From: Vulcanimicrobiota bacterium
GTDB taxonomy: Bacteria > Vulcanimicrobiota > Vulcanimicrobiia > Vulcanimicrobiales > Vulcanimicrobiaceae
DNA: 10,060 nucleotides
Assembly: GCA_963733295.1 (NCBI GenBank)
Contig: CAVTCS010000004.1
Location: 1-10,060, forward strand
Direction of reading: 5' to 3'
Each line of letters starts with the position of its first letter. The first letter of the stretch is position 1. This document shows, in pieces, positions 6,815-10,060 of the stretch. Below the pieces are notes generated by a model, which worked only from the letters and a program-made list of their open reading frames with translations, was not told where the DNA came from and ran no database searches. The translations under genes were made by a program, and so were the position numbers.

Positions 6815-7995
6815 AAGACTCCGGCGAAGCGCGCTTCGATGCCGAAGATTGCGCTTGGCGTGATCCGGCGGCCGCTGCTTCGATGTGGCGAGAGGCCTCG
6901 GAAGCGAATCCGGGACTCTTCGCCACGCAAGTGCACGGCGCTTTCTGGGATGCGCTAGCCGATTCGAACGCGACCCTTTGCATCTCGCGCGAGTACGAAC
7001 ATTTGGTGGTTGCACTGTCGATCGAAGACGGCCGCCGTCGCGTAACTTATCTCCGGCTGCCGCATCCTTCGGGGCTGACGTTGGACGCGGTGCGAGAACG
7101 GCTCTATGTCGCAAGCACGCGAAACCCAAATCAGGTCTTCGAACTGGCGCCGGCCGTAGGATTATTGCGGCGAAAAGAACTGGAAGCCGGGGCCGGTACT
7201 AGCGAAGGCACGCTTGTGCCGGTGCGTTCGAGCTTTTTGCCGGGCTGCTCGTACCTGCACGACCTCGCTCTGATCGACGGAGTCTTGCACGGGAACGCCG
7301 TCGGCTCAAACGCCGTCGTTCGAGTTGAAGCGGGATCCGCGGTGCCCGTGTGGTGGCCGAAGTGCATAGATGGCAGTCCAGGTCCTGCATTCGATGCGAA
7401 TTATTTGCAGCTGAATTCCATCGCAGCCGGAGCTTCGCTTTCAGATTCGTTCTTCACCGCATCGGCGGCGCGGCCCGGAACTCTCCGACCCGGTCACGCC
7501 GACTTTCCAGTGGACCGCACGGGCGTACTGTTTTCAGGGGCAACGCGGGAACCAACCGTATTCGGTCTGACGCGTCCGCATTCCGCCAGGATCCGAGATA
7601 GAACGATTTGGCTCGACGACAGCGGTTACGGCGAACTCTGTGTTGTGCGCGGTGCTACCGCGGAAACAGTAGTGCGTCTTTCTGGCTGGACTCGTGGTCT
7701 CTGCTTCGCGGGTAATTTTGCCTTCGTAGGGACTTCAAGAGTGCTCCCACGCTTCCAACAATATGCGCCCGGTCTCGCCATCGAGGACAGTCGTTGCGGA
7801 ATCCACGCCGTCGACGTTGGAAGCGGGAAACTCGTGGGGAGCTTGATTTGGCCTGAAGGCAATCAAATTTTCGCGATCGAGGCTTTGCCCAAGACGTGGC
7901 GTCTGCCGTTTCGCGAGGAAGCCGTCGCGGCGGACGAAGTAGATAGCAAGTCGATATTCTACGCTTTCGAAGTGAAAAAACGGAAAAGCGAGTGA
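6811..7995 (+). CDS. DUF4915 / TIGR03032-family protein (uncharacterised, probably beta-propeller)
   Basis: ATG 6811 overlaps the GT2 stop and is preceded by GAGGAA; the ORF-track start at 6385 is over-extended. Family-like blocks: PHPSGL, LVPVRSSFLPG..LHDL, PVWWPKCI, QLNSIA, GLTRPHSAR, IWLDDSGYGEL, LSGWTRGL, FAFVGTSR, RCGIHAVDVGSG. 394 aa. Confidence 0.82.
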   Translation: MKDSGEARFDAEDCAWRDPAAAASMWREASEANPGLFATQVHGAFWDALADSNATLCISREYEHLVVALSIEDGRRRVTYLRLPHPSGLTLDAVRERLYVASTRNPNQVFELAPAVGLLRRKELEAGAGTSEGTLVPVRSSFLPGCSYLHDLALIDGVLHGNAVGSNAVVRVEAGSAVPVWWPKCIDGSPGPAFDANYLQLNSIAAGASLSDSFFTASAARPGTLRPGHADFPVDRTGVLFSGATREPTVFGLTRPHSARIRDRTIWLDDSGYGELCVVRGATAETVVRLSGWTRGLCFAGNFAFVGTSRVLPRFQQYAPGLAIEDSRCGIHAVDVGSGKLVGSLIWPEGNQIFAIEALPKTWRLPFREEAVAADEVDSKSIFYAFEVKKRKSE

Positions 7996-9686
7996 TCGGG
8001 AACAATACTTGGACTGTGACTTTGTGGTGCAGCATCGCTTTGCTGGCGGTGTCGCCGAAGGTCATTTTGCCGCCGGATTCGAAGCGGACCGCCCCGCTCT
8101 CTAAGAGGCTTTTGCTACCCGCGGCGTATTTGTCGCTCGTGTCGATCGCCATCTTCGTCCAACGCGCTCCGACGCTGTCGTTTCCCGGTTTCTTGAATCC
8201 GGACGAGGCGCAGATGACCGCGCAAGCGCTCGTCTTCTTGAAGAATCCGGTACCCTGGAAGGCTTACGACGGAGGCACGGGAGGCCCGCTCCTCACCGCG
8301 TTGATCGCGATACCCGGGCTCTTCGGCTTTGCGCCGACGTTCGTGAGTAGCCGATTTTGTGGAATGCTCCTGAACATTGCCACGATCCTGGCCCTCTACG
8401 CTCTTCTTCGCTCGCTGTATGACGACGCTGTTGCGCGCTTAGGAATCCTTCTACCGGCAGCATTCTACGCGTTCGCAACTGCTACGAATTTTGTCCACTA
8501 TTCAAGCGAGCAATTGCCTGTATTTCTCGTAACTCTCTCGCTCTTGCTAGTGGCCCGACTGTATGGATCAACGGGTCGGGTTCCCGTTCTGCAATTATTA
8601 GCAACGGGTATCGTTGTTGGCGCACTGCCGTTTACAAAACTCCAACTCGTTCCGGCGGCGGCGTTCTCGGCGCTGCTGGCACTCGTTGCGACGCTTTTCG
8701 CAAAAAACACCTCCAAGGATCTTCGCATCCGCGACGCCGCTGTGCTCGTTGCCGGGTTCGTCTTGCCTACCGCATTCTTCATCGTTCTCGCTGCCGCGAC
8801 AGGTTCACTCGGAGACGCCTTTGCGAGCTACGTACTCTTCGCGTTAAAATACGGCGCGTACATGCGCGACCGACCACCGGAGCCTTTGGTTTATTGGCGA
8901 GAACAGTATTTTCTTGTTTTCCTAGCCAACGCGATTCTCGTTGCGATATTGGTGGGTGCAAGTTACATTGCGTATGGACGCGAGGCCCAGGGGCAGGTAT
9001 TCCGCCGTGATAGGGTGCTCCTAAGCCTTGCCGCCGTCAACGCATGCCTCGCAGTGTATATGCTCGCCGCGCCGGGGACCGGCTATCCACACTACGCCCT
9101 TCTCGCGATCGTGCCCGCCGCACTCGTCGTCAGCGCCTTGATAGGAATGCTATCGCATTCGATGGTGGCCGCCTCGAAGAACGCGTGGGCGCTTGCAGCC
9201 GGCGTCGTCGCTGCGGCTAGCCTCGGTGTTCTCGTGATGTATCGGCTCGCAGTCGGCAACCCGTTCGTCACGGCGGATATCGGGAAGCTGATTCCGCAAT
9301 CGACCGATGTTGCTGCCGTCCTTCGGCGCTATGTCCACCCAGGGGACACACTCGCCCTTTGGGGATGGATGCCGCAATTCGCGGTGGATACAAGAGCCGT
9401 TCTCGGTACGCGAGACGCCGTGACGTACGGGCAGATCTCGCGAAGCAGCCTACAGGGGTACTACAGGGCTCGCTATATGCGCGATATGCGCGCTAACGAG
9501 CCGGTCTTCATTCTTGATGCCGTTGCGCCCGACTCGTTCATCTACGACAGTCACAAGTCGCAGGGCCTCGAATCCTTTCCTGAACTTTGGCAATATGTCG
9601 AACGGCATTACCATCTCGTCGTCAGCGCGGACGGTGTCCGCTTGTTCAAGCGCGCAATCGATTCAGCTGCGGCAGGGTCACAGTGA
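7992..9686 (+). CDS. GT-C-fold (ArnT/PMT/GT39-83-like) polytopic membrane glycosyltransferase
   Basis: 564 aa with many hydrophobic helices. An acidic 'NPDE' follows the N-terminal TM segments (8196-8207). Other features are 'W..YDG..GPL..', 'K' in LPFTKLQ, 'PHY' in a late loop, and a C-terminal soluble domain (LWGWMP..GTRD). GTGA overlap with the upstream gene. Confidence 0.8.
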   Translation: MIGNNTWTVTLWCSIALLAVSPKVILPPDSKRTAPLSKRLLLPAAYLSLVSIAIFVQRAPTLSFPGFLNPDEAQMTAQALVFLKNPVPWKAYDGGTGGPLLTALIAIPGLFGFAPTFVSSRFCGMLLNIATILALYALLRSLYDDAVARLGILLPAAFYAFATATNFVHYSSEQLPVFLVTLSLLLVARLYGSTGRVPVLQLLATGIVVGALPFTKLQLVPAAAFSALLALVATLFAKNTSKDLRIRDAAVLVAGFVLPTAFFIVLAAATGSLGDAFASYVLFALKYGAYMRDRPPEPLVYWREQYFLVFLANAILVAILVGASYIAYGREAQGQVFRRDRVLLSLAAVNACLAVYMLAAPGTGYPHYALLAIVPAALVVSALIGMLSHSMVAASKNAWALAAGVVAAASLGVLVMYRLAVGNPFVTADIGKLIPQSTDVAAVLRRYVHPGDTLALWGWMPQFAVDTRAVLGTRDAVTYGQISRSSLQGYYRARYMRDMRANEPVFILDAVAPDSFIYDSHKSQGLESFPELWQYVERHYHLVVSADGVRLFKRAIDSAAAGSQ

Positions 9687-9714
9687 TCCTTGTAGACAAC
9701 GGCAGGTCCCACTT

Positions 9715-10060
9715 TCATGTGCCTGACGGCTCGATTTCTGCAGGAGCTTCGTCCGAGCGATTGGCCGAACGGCTATTGACCCAATTCAAGCTGCGGCGCA
9801 TGCCTTCTTCCAACGCAACTTGAGGATCGTATCCGAGTTCCACTCGAGCTTTCTCGACGGAACACGCAATGGTCTTGTTCATTTCCGAGAGGACGTGTAC
9901 GCGCTGCTCGTAGTGGCCCGTGCGTTGAATCGCTGCGTCTGCGACCGTCGCGACCTGCCCGGCGAGCCACGGAAGCCGCGTCGTTGATTTAGCGACCCTC
10001 TCGTTGAACTCGACCGACAAGAGCCTTCGAACGGTGCCGACGATTTCGTTCATGGAGTAG
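9715..10060 (-). CDS. C-terminal part of an NAD-dependent epimerase/dehydratase (extended SDR, 3-beta-HSD-like tail); 5' end is beyond the window
   Basis: The frame is open to the right edge: YSMNEIVGTVRRLL...RLPWLAGQVA..AD..IQ..G.YEQRVHVLSEMNKTIACSVEKARVELGYDPQVALEEGMRRSLNW. 'S.EKAR.ELGY.P.V.LEEG.RR...W' is the typical extended-SDR C-terminus. It converges on 7992-9686 with a 28-bp gap. Confidence 0.85.
   Translation of the reverse strand, partial: YSMNEIVGTVRRLLSVEFNERVAKSTTRLPWLAGQVATVADAAIQRTGHYEQRVHVLSEMNKTIACSVEKARVELGYDPQVALEEGMRRSLNWVNSRSANRSDEAPAEIEPSGT

Noticed and set aside
1..10060. CRISPR arrays, tRNA/rRNA genes, IS elements or integrases
   Set aside because: I saw no periodic repeats, RNA-gene signatures, terminal inverted repeats or transposase/integrase motifs. 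The remaining short antisense ORFs are shadows of the real genes.

Overview
GC-rich bacterial DNA carrying a surface-glycan modification cluster. On the + strand: a GT-C-fold (ArnT/PMT-like) membrane glycosyltransferase broken by about 6 small indels (504-2219) and a sulfotransferase-fold gene broken by at least 5 indels (2478-3426). An intact, translationally coupled run follows: extended-SDR NDP-sugar epimerase/reductase, split transketolase N and C subunits, DPM1-like GT2, DUF4915/TIGR03032 protein, and a second, intact GT-C paralog (7992-9686). A partial Lrp/AsnC regulator (not in the ORF track) diverges at the left edge, and the 3' end of another SDR epimerase converges at the right edge. 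The gene set looks like a pathway that builds an unusual, possibly branched or chain-extended, sugar, loads it on a polyprenyl phosphate and transfers it outside the membrane. The transketolase, GT2, sulfotransferase-fold and DUF4915 proteins all deviate from their family motifs. The indels are confined to about 1180-3065, which looks more like local sequencing error than true decay. All assignments come from motif recognition by eye; no searches were run.
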